Source of the DNA: an archaeon
GTDB lineage: Archaea > Iainarchaeota > Iainarchaeia > Iainarchaeales > JAAZKV01
Length of the DNA: 64,000 nt
Assembly: GCA_035355675.1 (NCBI GenBank)
Contig: DAOQRN010000002.1
Span: 1,986 to 65,985, forward strand
Direction: 5' to 3'
Shown in pieces: positions 18,394-28,313 of the stretch. The notes under the pieces were generated by a model. The model was not told the origin of the DNA, made no database searches, and saw only the letters and a list, made by a program, of their open reading frames with translations. Position numbers and translations under genes: made by a program. How positions within the stretch are numbered: position 1 is the stretch's first letter; every line of letters begins with the position of its first letter.

Positions 18394-19161
18394 TTATTTT
18401 AATTCGTGTTTTTGGTATTTTTCAAGTATATATCTCGCTGCTTTTTCTGTATCTGGTCTTCCTCCAGATTTTATTAGATTTTTATTTTTGGCTATTTCGT
18501 CAAGTATTTCTTCTTCGTCCCAATTTTCATTAAATTTTATTTTAAAAATTTGGCACATTTTTTCTTTTCCTGTGTATTGAATTAATTTTAGTGCAGTTCT
18601 TTCAATATCTTCGAGTTGATTTGGATTTTTTGATTCAACTAGAAATAAATCAAATTCATCTTCATTCTCTTTTGGAATAATTCCTGGACTATCAATTAAG
18701 TAAATTCCTTCAGTTATTTTTACTTTTGACATCCCTCGTGTGAGTCCTGCTTTTCTTGATGTTGCAACTCTTCCTCTTCCTTTTCCTGCTAGGGAATTAA
18801 TTAAAGTGCTTTTTCCAACATTAGGGTATCCAATAATTCCAATAGTGTATTTCTCATTTTTTCCTTTTGCAGCACTAATTTCTCTTCTTATCATATTAAT
18901 TCCATCTTTGTTTTTTGCGGAAACAAAAATTACTTTCATTTTTGATTCTTTTTGAATTTCTTGTTTTATAAGTTCAAGTTCTTTTTTTTCAACAAGGTCA
19001 CTTTTGTTTATTACAAGAAGAACCTTTTTTCCTTGACAAATTACATTTTGTTCAAGATCAAAGTTACGTGTTTTTTTTGGGTGTCGTGCATCAAGTATTT
19101 CAAGAACAAGATCACTTTGTTTTATTAAAGAATAAATGTGTTTAAAAAATCCTGAAACCAT
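18394..19161 (-). CDS. Circularly permuted ribosome-biogenesis GTPase (RbgA/YlqF family)
   Basis: DARHP, NKSD before GYPNVGKSTLIN, DSPG. Confidence 0.92.
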   Translation of the reverse strand: MVSGFFKHIYSLIKQSDLVLEILDARHPKKTRNFDLEQNVICQGKKVLLVINKSDLVEKKELELIKQEIQKESKMKVIFVSAKNKDGINMIRREISAAKGKNEKYTIGIIGYPNVGKSTLINSLAGKGRGRVATSRKAGLTRGMSKVKITEGIYLIDSPGIIPKENEDEFDLFLVESKNPNQLEDIERTALKLIQYTGKEKMCQIFKIKFNENWDEEEILDEIAKNKNLIKSGGRPDTEKAARYILEKYQKHELK

Positions 19162-19281
19162 TTTTAATCAACTTTTTAAATTTCAAAAATTAAAATGTTA
19201 AAAAATATTGTCCAATAATTAATGTTATTTATAATCTTTTAATTAATTTATTTTGTTATTTGTTTTTTAATTAATATTTTT

Positions 19282-19623
19282 TTATAATAATTTTAGTTTT
19301 CCAAAGTATTTTTGTCCACTATTTTCTTCTATTGGCCCGCATGCGAAGCATGTTTTGCTCCCTGGTTCTATTTGTGTGTGTCCGGCATCAGTTATTAGTG
19401 CACATGGTAGTTCTCTTTTTGCTTTTTGAAATAATTCAAGCATTTCTTCAGTGCTTGAAATTTTTAATACAATTTTTTTCATTCCTTGCCCTTTCCACTC
19501 ATCAATAATTTCTCTATCCACTTTCTCAAGTACACTTACGGCAGCATGTGAAGCTTGTGCAGCAATTTTTCCTTTGTTCATTCCTAAGGAAGTATTCACT
19601 ATTATGTATTGTACTAAATCCAT
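19282..19623 (-). CDS. pth2: Peptidyl-tRNA hydrolase Pth2
   Basis: GKIAAQASHA, KKIVLK, DAGHTQIEPGS. Confidence 0.95.
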   Translation of the reverse strand: MDLVQYIIVNTSLGMNKGKIAAQASHAAVSVLEKVDREIIDEWKGQGMKKIVLKISSTEEMLELFQKAKRELPCALITDAGHTQIEPGSKTCFACGPIEENSGQKYFGKLKLL

Positions 19624-19672
19624 ACTAATTATATAATTGGACTGGTTTTTTAAGGTTGGTTTTAGAATTTTT

Positions 19673-20008
19673 TTAAGGGGTTTTTAGTGCTTTTTTTAGT
19701 TCATTTTTTAGTCTTTCAATATTTTTGCTAGTTATTAAAAAGTCTCTTTCAGCAATTTTTGCATCATACATTAAGTGTTCTGCAAGTTCTGTGTGTTTTA
19801 GTTTTTTTGCTTTTTCGGATAATTTTACGAGTCTTAAGTATCTTGTTTCTAACATTTTTTCTTGGGCTTTTTGAACTTCAAGATTTGTTAATTTCATTTT
19901 TAATTGGTTTTTTTCTTTTGCTGCTTTTTGAAATTTATTTCTAGCTTCAAGTGTTTTTCTCTCTGCTTCTTTTTGTCTTATTCTTAAATAACTTGGCATA
20001 AAAATCAC
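19673..20008 (-). CDS. Basic coiled-coil hypothetical protein
   Basis: K/R-rich helical ORF abutting 20009..20347. Confidence 0.6.
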   Translation of the reverse strand: MIFMPSYLRIRQKEAERKTLEARNKFQKAAKEKNQLKMKLTNLEVQKAQEKMLETRYLRLVKLSEKAKKLKHTELAEHLMYDAKIAERDFLITSKNIERLKNELKKALKTP

Positions 20009-20347
20009 TTAGGGTTTTTTTAGTTCTTGTTTTATTTGTTGTTTTTGTGCAGCAATTTTTGCATCAGTTAGTTTAAAGTTTTCTTCACAAATTTTTATTG
20101 CATTTTCAATACTTTTTTTGTTTGCTTGGTTTTTTGGATTATCTCTTTGTTGTAATAGGGTTTTCCAAAGTCTTTCCCATCCTTTTTGTTGGGTTTTTAA
20201 TCTTTTAATAAATTCCATTCTTCCTTTCATTGTTCGTACAGTTTTTGCTCGTCTTCTATTTTTTAGTTCCATTTCTTGACCAAAAATAGATACTCTTGTA
20301 GTTGCGTATTCTCCATTATGTTTTAATTTGTTTAGTGGTTTTTGCAT
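20009..20347 (-). CDS. Basic coiled-coil hypothetical protein
   Basis: K/R-rich helical ORF. Confidence 0.6.
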   Translation of the reverse strand: MQKPLNKLKHNGEYATTRVSIFGQEMELKNRRRAKTVRTMKGRMEFIKRLKTQQKGWERLWKTLLQQRDNPKNQANKKSIENAIKICEENFKLTDAKIAAQKQQIKQELKKP

Positions 20348-20378
20348 AATTAATTAGGTTGTTAGGTGGGTTATATTT

Positions 20379-20837
20379 TTAATGTTCTTCGTGTTCTTTT
20401 ATTGTTTCAATAACAATATCAGTTCTTTTGTTTTTTTCCAAGTAATTTTTGATTGCTGCTCTTAGTGCTTGGTCTCCTAAAACAGAACAATGAATTTTAA
20501 TGGCGGGGAGTCCTCCAAGTCTTTTCATAATATCAGTTCCTGTTAAAGTTAATGCTTGTTGTAAATTCATTCCTCCTTTTTCTGTTAGCATTTTTGCAAG
20601 CATTGAGGTTGAAGCAATTGCGCTTGCGCATCCAAAAGTTTTCCACCTGACATCAATTATTTTGTCGTTTTTTATTTTTATCCAAAATTCCATCATGTCT
20701 CCGCACTTCATGTTTCCTACTTTCCCATACCCATCAAAGTCTTTAATTTCTCTTTCACTTTTCAAAAATTTTTCAGGTTTTAAGAAATGTTTTTTCACTT
20801 CTTTTGAATAAAACCAATCACTACCTTCAAGTTTCAT
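20379..20837 (-). CDS. iscU: Fe-S scaffold IscU/NifU-N
   Basis: GNMKCGD, FGCASAIAS, KIHCSVL. Confidence 0.95.
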   Translation of the reverse strand: MKLEGSDWFYSKEVKKHFLKPEKFLKSEREIKDFDGYGKVGNMKCGDMMEFWIKIKNDKIIDVRWKTFGCASAIASTSMLAKMLTEKGGMNLQQALTLTGTDIMKRLGGLPAIKIHCSVLGDQALRAAIKNYLEKNKRTDIVIETIKEHEEH

Positions 20838-20840
20838 TTT

Positions 20841-22028
20841 TTATTCCTCCTTTTTGTTCCATGCTGATGATATTGTTCTTAGAAATGGAATTATTTTTTT
20901 GAGTTTGTTTACTGTGTAATCAATTTCTTTTTTTGTAGTAGTTTTTCCTAAGGTAAATCTTATGCTCCCGTGTGCGAGTTCGTGACTTAAACCCATTGCG
21001 AGCAGTACGTGACTTGGTTCTAGGGATTGAGAAGAACAAGCAGAACCTGTACTTGCTCTAATTCCTTCTTCATTAAGTCTAAGTAAAATACTTTCGCCTT
21101 CAACCCCGTAAAAAGAAACATTAACATTGTTAGGTAATCTGTTTTTTCTATCTCCATTAATTTTTACTTCTTCAATTTCTTTTTCAATTCTTTTTATCAT
21201 ATAATTTCTTAGTTTTGTTAATCTTTTGCTTTCTTTCTTTTTTTCTTTTTTTGCAATTTCAAGAGCACTAGCAAGTGCAATTATTGCTGGGATGTTTTCT
21301 GTTCCTGATCGTAAGTTTTTTTCTTGGTGCCCTCCATGTATTAGTGGTTCAATTTTAATATTTTTTTTCTTAAATAGTACTCCGCTTCCTTTGAAGGCAT
21401 AGATTTTGCTTCCATTAATTGTCATCAGGTCTACATCAAGTTCTTTTGTATTAATTGAAAGATATTCTGCTCCTTGGCAAGCATCAGTGTGAAGTAATTT
21501 TCCATGGGTGTGTACAATTTCTGCAATTTTTTTTATTGGTTGAATTGTTCCGACTTCATTATTTGCATACATTATACTTACAAGTAGTGTATCTTCACGT
21601 ATTGCTTTTTCTAATTCGTCAAGTTTTACTATTCCGTTTTCATCAACATTAATGTATGTTACTTCGAATCCTAATTTTTCTACCCATTTCATTGTTTCAA
21701 GTATTGCGTCGTGTTCTGTTTTTTGTGTAATAAAGTGCCCCTTTTTGCCTTTCATTAGTTCGTGTAGTGCAATTCCTTTTATTGCAAGGTTTATACTTTC
21801 TGTTCCGCTTCCTGTAAAAATTATTTCGTTTTCTTCAGAGTTTAGTATTTTTGCTATTTTTTTTCGAGCACTCTCCATTTCTTTTTTTGCAACAAGTCCA
21901 GTTGAGTGAAAACTTGAAGGGTTTCCATAAATTTTTGAAAAATAGGGTAGAGATTCTTTTAGTACTTCGCTTCGTACTGGGGTAGTAGAACCATAATCAA
22001 GGTAAATTGTTTTCATTTTTTTCACCAA
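20841..22028 (-). CDS. iscS: Cysteine desulfurase IscS/NifS
   Basis: YLDYGSTTP, GNPSS, ANNEVGT, HTDACQ, SKIYA (PLP Lys), STGSACSS. Confidence 0.96.
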   Translation of the reverse strand: MVKKMKTIYLDYGSTTPVRSEVLKESLPYFSKIYGNPSSFHSTGLVAKKEMESARKKIAKILNSEENEIIFTGSGTESINLAIKGIALHELMKGKKGHFITQKTEHDAILETMKWVEKLGFEVTYINVDENGIVKLDELEKAIREDTLLVSIMYANNEVGTIQPIKKIAEIVHTHGKLLHTDACQGAEYLSINTKELDVDLMTINGSKIYAFKGSGVLFKKKNIKIEPLIHGGHQEKNLRSGTENIPAIIALASALEIAKKEKKKESKRLTKLRNYMIKRIEKEIEEVKINGDRKNRLPNNVNVSFYGVEGESILLRLNEEGIRASTGSACSSQSLEPSHVLLAMGLSHELAHGSIRFTLGKTTTKKEIDYTVNKLKKIIPFLRTISSAWNKKEE

Positions 22029-22057
22029 TAATAATTAATCAAAATAATTTTTCTAAT

Positions 22058-22363
22058 TTAGTGTTTCCCTTTGCAATTTTTTTCCGCATGTTCTTCTATT
22101 AATTCAAATAAAGTTTTATTTTTTGATTTAGTAAAAATGTCGCTTGATAAATAGTATTCTCTTTCTTTTCCTTTTTGTTTAAAATTAACAAAACTGCAGT
22201 GGCGTAAATCCATTAGTGCGTGACTTACTACACTTTGTTCACTTTTTACTTCTTTACAAATTTCTTGAACAGTTTTTGGTTTTTTTCTTAAGGATTCAAT
22301 TATGTCACACCTAAGTTTATTTCCAAGTACGCCTAAACATTTGTGAGGAAAATTAGGGTTCAT
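22058..22363 (-). CDS. ArsR/SmtB family regulator
   Basis: LGNKLRCDII..TVQEI..EQSVVSHALMDL..GKEREYYL; Cys/His rich. Confidence 0.85.
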   Translation of the reverse strand: MNPNFPHKCLGVLGNKLRCDIIESLRKKPKTVQEICKEVKSEQSVVSHALMDLRHCSFVNFKQKGKEREYYLSSDIFTKSKNKTLFELIEEHAEKNCKGKH

Positions 22364-22382
22364 ATGAAATAATATTCATATG
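22361..22382. promoter_or_regulatory. ArsR/SmtB-type operator overlapping the regulator start codon
   Basis: CATATGAA-ATAATA-TTCATATG, perfect 8-bp inverted repeat. Confidence 0.75.
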
Positions 22383-22438
22383 TTAGTTTTTAAATGTATT
22401 TCCAATAGTATTTTTTTTATTTTTATGATTTCTTTGTT

Positions 22439-22846
22439 TTATTGTATTAGTGCATCTGCTTGACTTTCTTGTTGAGGGGTATCATTTTTTGTTTCTTCTG
22501 TATTTTGTGCATTTTCTTGGATTGGCGAAGCACCTTTTAGTGTTATTTTTTTAGTTACTCCATCTTCTCCCCAAAGGTATGTCATTGATACTGGATCATC
22601 TTTACTTATTGTGAATTGATAATTTCCAGGATTTCCTGTTTTTAGTGTAAATAATTTTGAGTATTGTATTACTGCTCGATCTCCCATTCCTTTTACAAGT
22701 GCGTATACTGGTTGGTCGTTTCCATTTCCTTGTATTCTATCAAATGTTTGTCCTTCTTCCACGTCAAACACTTCATCAGTTATGTCTTTTGTGAATGGAG
22801 GTTTCCATTTTTGTTTTATACTTCTTACTTCAAATCGCAGTTTCAT
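22439..22846 (-). CDS. Hypothetical protein
   Basis: 135 aa ORF with AGGTG RBS. Confidence 0.7.
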   Translation of the reverse strand: MKLRFEVRSIKQKWKPPFTKDITDEVFDVEEGQTFDRIQGNGNDQPVYALVKGMGDRAVIQYSKLFTLKTGNPGNYQFTISKDDPVSMTYLWGEDGVTKKITLKGASPIQENAQNTEETKNDTPQQESQADALIQ

Positions 22847-22980
22847 AAATACACCTTTTTTTAGTTAATTATTTTCAACTAATAAACGTTTATTTTCTTT
22901 TTAAACTTGCCGTTTTTGGAATTTTTTTCTGGCTTGGTGCTAGTGGTATATTTTTATACCTCCTTTTCTTTCTTTATTTG

Positions 22981-24057
22981 ATGGAAATTGACAATTTTAT
23001 TAATTCTGCAGCCAAAACTATTGAAAATAGGCACTCTTTTTATGAGGGTGTTTCCTCTCAATTAGTTCCATTAAAATCAAAAAAAATCATTAATTTTGGC
23101 GAAAATGTAGTAGTTCCTGTAAAAAATGAAGTTTTATCAGGACTTGTGAGTGGAGTTGATTCTGGGTTTGTTTCAAAAAAACTCTCTTTTTTTGATATAG
23201 TGTTAGTTCGTACTGCAGGAGTAGTTTTTTCTTTTGAAAATGGAGTATTAAAAAAAACTGATTATTATCCTGCTCCAGTTTCATTTCCAACTCCTTTACC
23301 ATTAAAGTTAGGTCTTGAGAGTGATGAAGAAAACCAAAGTGTTTCTTTTGAAAGATTAAAACAAGAAATAAAACTAAATATTGAAATTATTAAAAAATAT
23401 GGACCTGCTTTTTCTTTTATTGATGGGAGTATTGTTCCACAGTATCAAGATAAACCAAGAAAAGATTCACAAATTAATGATGATTACAAAACAGTAATTG
23501 AATTATTTGAAGAACTCTATAAAACTGCAGAAGAAAATAATTGTGTTTTAATTTCAACTGTTGAAGATTCAAGAGGGAGTAGGTTTAAACAAATTCTTCA
23601 AGAAGAAATAATTCCGTCACAAAATATTTCAAGAGTTGATTTAAAGAATTGTTTTGATATTTCTCTTTTAGATCACTTTTTGTTACCAAAAGAAAGAACT
23701 TTCGCATTTTCTTACACTAAAGATATTTTATCTCACCCAATTTTAAAAGATTTTTCTACTGAGTGGAGTAAAAGTGTTTTTGTTTTTTACATTAAAGTGA
23801 GTGAATTTGATAATCCGTTAAGAGTAGAATTTTTGTGCAAAAATAAAAATGATTTAATAAATTTAGCAAACAAAATTTCTTCAGTTGTGTTTTCTCTTTC
23901 CTCACTTCATAAAGAGTATTCTTATCCAAGTGTATTAATTGAAGCAGATTTAAGAGCAAAATTAACCGATACTGATATTTCTCTTGTGTATGATAGATTA
24001 ATAGACAAATTGGGTCCAAAAATAAATATGAGAAGAAATAATAGACCATTTGGATAA
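22981..24057 (+). CDS. nurA: NurA 5'-3' nuclease
   Basis: GVDSG, FIDGS, YPSVLIEAD; linked to herA. Confidence 0.88.
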   Translation: MEIDNFINSAAKTIENRHSFYEGVSSQLVPLKSKKIINFGENVVVPVKNEVLSGLVSGVDSGFVSKKLSFFDIVLVRTAGVVFSFENGVLKKTDYYPAPVSFPTPLPLKLGLESDEENQSVSFERLKQEIKLNIEIIKKYGPAFSFIDGSIVPQYQDKPRKDSQINDDYKTVIELFEELYKTAEENNCVLISTVEDSRGSRFKQILQEEIIPSQNISRVDLKNCFDISLLDHFLLPKERTFAFSYTKDILSHPILKDFSTEWSKSVFVFYIKVSEFDNPLRVEFLCKNKNDLINLANKISSVVFSLSSLHKEYSYPSVLIEADLRAKLTDTDISLVYDRLIDKLGPKINMRRNNRPFG

Positions 24058-24115
24058 AGATTATATTGTTTCAATAAATTTATTTAATAATTAGTTTTTT
24101 GATTGGTGATTTTTT

Positions 24116-24799
24116 TTGATTAAAGTAATTGCTTTTGATTTGTGGAATACTTTAATTGCTACAACAATTGATTTTCCTCATTTAATTTCTCTAGCAAAAA
24201 AAGATAATTTGTCTTTAGGGGAATTTATTGCAAAATATGAGAATGCTACTCACAAAAAAAGTTTTTCTTCATTTGAAGAACTAAAAAATGCTTTTTTTAA
24301 AGAATTTGAAGAAACAAATAATAAATTGCTTGAGAAAGAACTTTATGAAGTTTACATAAATAGAGTGGATAAAATAATTCTTTTCCCAGATGTTAAAGAG
24401 AATTTAATAAAATTAAAAAAACAAGGTTACACTTTAGTGCTTGTTTCAAATGTAGAAAATTTAGCATTTAATGATGTGAATAAAGTTTTGAATTTAGAAC
24501 AATATTTTGATTATTTTTGTTTAAGTTATGAAATTGAGGCAATTAAGCCTGATAAAAAAATGTTTGATTGTATTATAAAAAAAACAAGTGTTCTTCCAAG
24601 TGAAGTTTTAATGGTTGGGGATTCTTTGAGGAGTGATATTTTTGGAGCAAAAAATGCTAGAATGCATAATTGTTGGATTAATAGACCAAAAAAGAGTTAT
24701 GATTTAGCAAAAGTGACTCCTGAGTTTGAAATAAAAAGCTTTGATGAGTTATATTTAGTATTAGATAAATTAAATGAATCAAAGAAAATAGGTGTGTAA
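24116..24799 (+). CDS. HAD-superfamily hydrolase
   Basis: FDLWNTL, VSN, KPD, VGDSLRSDIFGA. Confidence 0.9.
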   Translation: MIKVIAFDLWNTLIATTIDFPHLISLAKKDNLSLGEFIAKYENATHKKSFSSFEELKNAFFKEFEETNNKLLEKELYEVYINRVDKIILFPDVKENLIKLKKQGYTLVLVSNVENLAFNDVNKVLNLEQYFDYFCLSYEIEAIKPDKKMFDCIIKKTSVLPSEVLMVGDSLRSDIFGAKNARMHNCWINRPKKSYDLAKVTPEFEIKSFDELYLVLDKLNESKKIGV

Positions 24800-24900
24800 G
24801 TTAAATTCCTAAAAATGTTAGGTGTTAAAAAAGAATTTTTTGACCTTTGGCATGAAGGTGGGGATTTATTTAAAAAGGAAAAATTACTTTATTGATTATT

Positions 24901-26424
24901 ATGAATAGGGATTCTTTAGGGACAATTGTTTCTTCAATTGATGGTCCTTCTCCAAGTGTTTTGTCTTTTGTAGTGAACGAAGGTAAAGTTCACAAGGGGA
25001 TGTTTATTGAACTTGAATACTCTGAAGGTACAATGGTTTGTTTAGTTGAAGATGTTGTTAAAACTAATAGGTATTTTGAAAGACCTGATTCAGTTAAAAC
25101 AATTGGAGCAGAACTTGAAAAAAACTTTCCAGTAAGTGATTGGGAATTTTTGCTTGGCAGAGCAAGACCACTAGGAGTATTTGTTGAGAGTAATGGTAAT
25201 ATTCAGCGTTCAACTTTTCCTCCCTCTCCAGGCACAAAAGTTTTCAAAGCAAAAGATGAGAATTTAAAAAAGTTTTTAGCGCTTCAAGAAAACGGACTTC
25301 ATTTAGGTTCAATTAATTTTCACGATGTTTTAATGAAAGTGAATTTATCAAAACTTTTACAAAAACATTTAGCAATTCTCGCAATGAGTGGGGCAGGAAA
25401 GAGTTATTGTGTTTCAGTACTTCTTGAAGAATTATTATTAAGAGAAAAAGAAAATGGACAAATTGCAGTAATTGTTTTTGATACTCATGGGGAATATACT
25501 TGTTTTGGTGAATCAGCAAAAAGCCCGCATAAGGATTTTTCAAGCGTGACAAAAGTTATTGATGCTTCTAAAATAAAAATTGCTTCCTCAAAATTAACTC
25601 CGGGGATGATAGCAAATATAATGCCTGATTTATCTGCCCCTCAAAAAAGAGAATTATCAAGTATTATTTCTCGTCTTTCAAATGAAATGAAAAGTGGGGT
25701 GGGCCCTTTTGATTTAGCCTCAGTAAGAGCAGAACTCTCTTCTTCTCAAAATCAAAAAACTGCAGAAACTCTTTTAGGTATTTTATCAGAGCTTGAGGAT
25801 TTAGAATTATTTTCAAAAATAGATTACCCTGCAGTTAGTGATATTGCTAGACCTGGTCAACTTTGTGTTCTTGATTTGAGTAAAATTATTTCAGATAAAA
25901 AGAAACAAATAATTGTATCATATTTTTCAAATAAATTATTTAATGATAGAAGACAAAAAAGAATTCCTCCCTTTGCTCTATTTGTTGAAGAGGCACATAA
26001 TTTTATTCCAGAAACAACAAGTAAGGGGGTTGCAATTGCAAAATCAACTCTAAGAACAATTGCAAGAGAGGGAAGAAAGTTTGGAGCAGCACTAGTAGTT
26101 ATTTCTCAAAGACCAAAAAGGTTAGATACAACAACCCTTGCAAATTGTAACACAAATATTATCCTTAGAATTACTAATCCTTATGATTTAGATCACATAA
26201 AGCAAAGTAGTGAAGGGCTTGATCAAGCAAGTATTAATTCTATTTCTTCACTTAGAGTGGGGGAAGCATTAATTGTAGGGGAAGCAGTTGGTGCTCCAAC
26301 TTTTTTTAGAGTTCGGTTAAGAACTTCTCAACCAAGTAAACACGAAGTTACTCTTGAAGAAGCAGCTAAAAGATTTAGTGAACAAAAAGAAAAAAACGAA
26401 GATGAAATAAATTCATTCTTATAA
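24901..26424 (+). CDS. herA: HerA helicase/ATPase
   Basis: HAS barrel, HLAILAMSGAGKS, FDTHGEY, EEAHNF, REGRKFG, SQRP. Confidence 0.93.
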   Translation: MNRDSLGTIVSSIDGPSPSVLSFVVNEGKVHKGMFIELEYSEGTMVCLVEDVVKTNRYFERPDSVKTIGAELEKNFPVSDWEFLLGRARPLGVFVESNGNIQRSTFPPSPGTKVFKAKDENLKKFLALQENGLHLGSINFHDVLMKVNLSKLLQKHLAILAMSGAGKSYCVSVLLEELLLREKENGQIAVIVFDTHGEYTCFGESAKSPHKDFSSVTKVIDASKIKIASSKLTPGMIANIMPDLSAPQKRELSSIISRLSNEMKSGVGPFDLASVRAELSSSQNQKTAETLLGILSELEDLELFSKIDYPAVSDIARPGQLCVLDLSKIISDKKKQIIVSYFSNKLFNDRRQKRIPPFALFVEEAHNFIPETTSKGVAIAKSTLRTIAREGRKFGAALVVISQRPKRLDTTTLANCNTNIILRITNPYDLDHIKQSSEGLDQASINSISSLRVGEALIVGEAVGAPTFFRVRLRTSQPSKHEVTLEEAAKRFSEQKEKNEDEINSFL

Positions 26425-26495
26425 ATTTATTAATATCCTTTGGTTACTTTTGACCACCGGCATTGTACTTGTAGAGCCTATTTAAATACCCAAAT

Positions 26496-28010
26496 TTGAC
26501 TACTTGTATGTCAAAAGATATTTTCCAACAAAACAAGAGTAATGTTCTTTACTTAACTAATGTTACTTATATTGAATCAAAAAGAGAAGTTTTAGTGGAG
26601 TTTTCAAATAAATTTGAAAAGAAAATCGAGCGTTATAAATTTTTTCCATTTATTTTACTTCCAAAATCAATTGATGGAGAGAAACTAAAAGAATTACTTA
26701 TTTCATTTTCTTTTAGATCATTTAGTTTGCAAGAGAAAGAAAATTATTTTTCCTTACAAAGTGTATCATTTTTAGAGTTAAAAAAAATGGTTAGTGTGTT
26801 AAGTAAGTGTTTTGGGAAACTTCCTCTAGTTTTAGAACCTGAAAGACAATTTTTGATAGAAAAAAATTGGAGTTATTTTGATTCTTTTTCTTATTTTGAG
26901 AATTCTTTAATAAAAGTTGATTCTTTTTTAAAAGATGTTAGTTTTTCAGTTTTACCAGAAATACCTTTTGTTGAAGCACTAAAAATAAATCAAGAAGAAG
27001 CAGTTTTTTTTGTTAATCAAGCAGTATTATCAAATATTTTAAAAGTTCCAATAAATTTAGTGCCAAAAAATAAACAAGAACAAGAAGAAATCTTTTTAGA
27101 AAATATTTTTTTTAAAAATGCTGAATTTGTTTCATGGGAAAAAGAAAATTTTGTTAAAGCAAAAAACTTTACTCCTTTTGGGTATTTTGATAATTTTTCT
27201 TCAATAGATTTTTCCCCAGTTTGGGTAGAATTATTTTCAAAAAAATTCTTTAATATTGGTCCTGAAACAAAAAATTGTTCGTGTTGTAAACCTTTCACTC
27301 TTGAAGATAAAAATTTACTTCCTTCTTCTTTAATTGAAGTAAAATTTGTTGAGAGTGATTTCTTTTTTGAATCTTCTTCAGAAAATTTTGCTCAAGAATT
27401 TCATATAGTTAATGAAAATAAATTATTAAGAGAACAAAAAAAGAAAGAATTTTTTCTAAAACATCCACCAATTGGTCCTTTTAGTGTCGGTCAAGTTGAG
27501 AAAGTTCCACTTCTTGATGCAAAGAAATTATTGCTCGAAGGAGTAGTTGAATTATCTACAGAGCATAAAGTTGATTGGTTTTGTTTGAATAAAGAAAGTT
27601 TTTTTAGTAAAGAATTATATAGTTTTAGTGAAAAATTAAATGGGTTTGAAGAGTTTTCAAAAAATAAACAAACTAGTTTACTTATTTCTTCTTTTGAAGA
27701 TTTTTTTGCAGAATATTTTATAAAAAATTTTAGTAATTTAGTTGCTGAAATTCCTTTCCAGTTAATGAATAAAGGATCAAAATTTTATTCAGTTTCTTTA
27801 GCTAAAACAATTATTAGTATTCAAGAAGCCACTTTGTTTAAATTTAAAGAATTTTCAGAAAAAGAAGGATATAGAATACTTCATACAAACAGCAGGGGGG
27901 CTTATGTTAAGGGTTATTCTTCTTTGACTCTTGCAAAAAAGTTCTCAAGTTCTCTTGCATTGCCTTTGCCAAAAATAAGGTCTTTTGCCAAAAACTCTAA
28001 ATTAAGTTAA
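26496..28010 (+). CDS. Degenerate family B DNA polymerase-like protein (probably inactive, PolB2-like)
   Basis: FFPFILL N-domain, IDFSPVWVELF..NIGPETKNCSCC (motif A region), GYRILHTNSRG in place of YGDTDS. Confidence 0.65.
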   Translation: MTTCMSKDIFQQNKSNVLYLTNVTYIESKREVLVEFSNKFEKKIERYKFFPFILLPKSIDGEKLKELLISFSFRSFSLQEKENYFSLQSVSFLELKKMVSVLSKCFGKLPLVLEPERQFLIEKNWSYFDSFSYFENSLIKVDSFLKDVSFSVLPEIPFVEALKINQEEAVFFVNQAVLSNILKVPINLVPKNKQEQEEIFLENIFFKNAEFVSWEKENFVKAKNFTPFGYFDNFSSIDFSPVWVELFSKKFFNIGPETKNCSCCKPFTLEDKNLLPSSLIEVKFVESDFFFESSSENFAQEFHIVNENKLLREQKKKEFFLKHPPIGPFSVGQVEKVPLLDAKKLLLEGVVELSTEHKVDWFCLNKESFFSKELYSFSEKLNGFEEFSKNKQTSLLISSFEDFFAEYFIKNFSNLVAEIPFQLMNKGSKFYSVSLAKTIISIQEATLFKFKEFSEKEGYRILHTNSRGAYVKGYSSLTLAKKFSSSLALPLPKIRSFAKNSKLS

Positions 28011-28087
28011 ATTCCTCATTTTTTAGCTCTTTTAGCTACTTTTTTAAACCCTGTCTTGACAATATTTCTTATTGACTTGGTGAGTGT

Positions 28088-28294
28088 ATGTCTCGATTAA
28101 CTAGATTTGAATTAACTAGAGTTTTATCAGCTAGATCTTTACAATTATCTTTAGGAGCGCCTCCTTTAGTAAAAAAAGTAAAAGAATTATCTATGCTTGA
28201 TGTTGCAGAAAAAGAGTACAAAGAAAAAGTGCTTCCATTAAGTGTTTTAAGAAAATACCCTAATGGGACAATAAAAAGAGTGGAGTTATCTTAA
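28088..28294 (+). CDS. rpoK: RNA polymerase subunit K (Rpo6)
   Basis: LTRFELTRVLSARSLQLSLGAP..LPLSVLR. Confidence 0.93.
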   Translation: MSRLTRFELTRVLSARSLQLSLGAPPLVKKVKELSMLDVAEKEYKEKVLPLSVLRKYPNGTIKRVELS

Positions 28295-28313
28295 TTTTTA
28301 AAAATATTTTTGG

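Noticed and set aside
24815..24895. 26-aa ORF MLGVKKEFFDLWHEGG.. between HAD and herA
   Set aside because: Too short, overlaps the probable herA promoter, no support.
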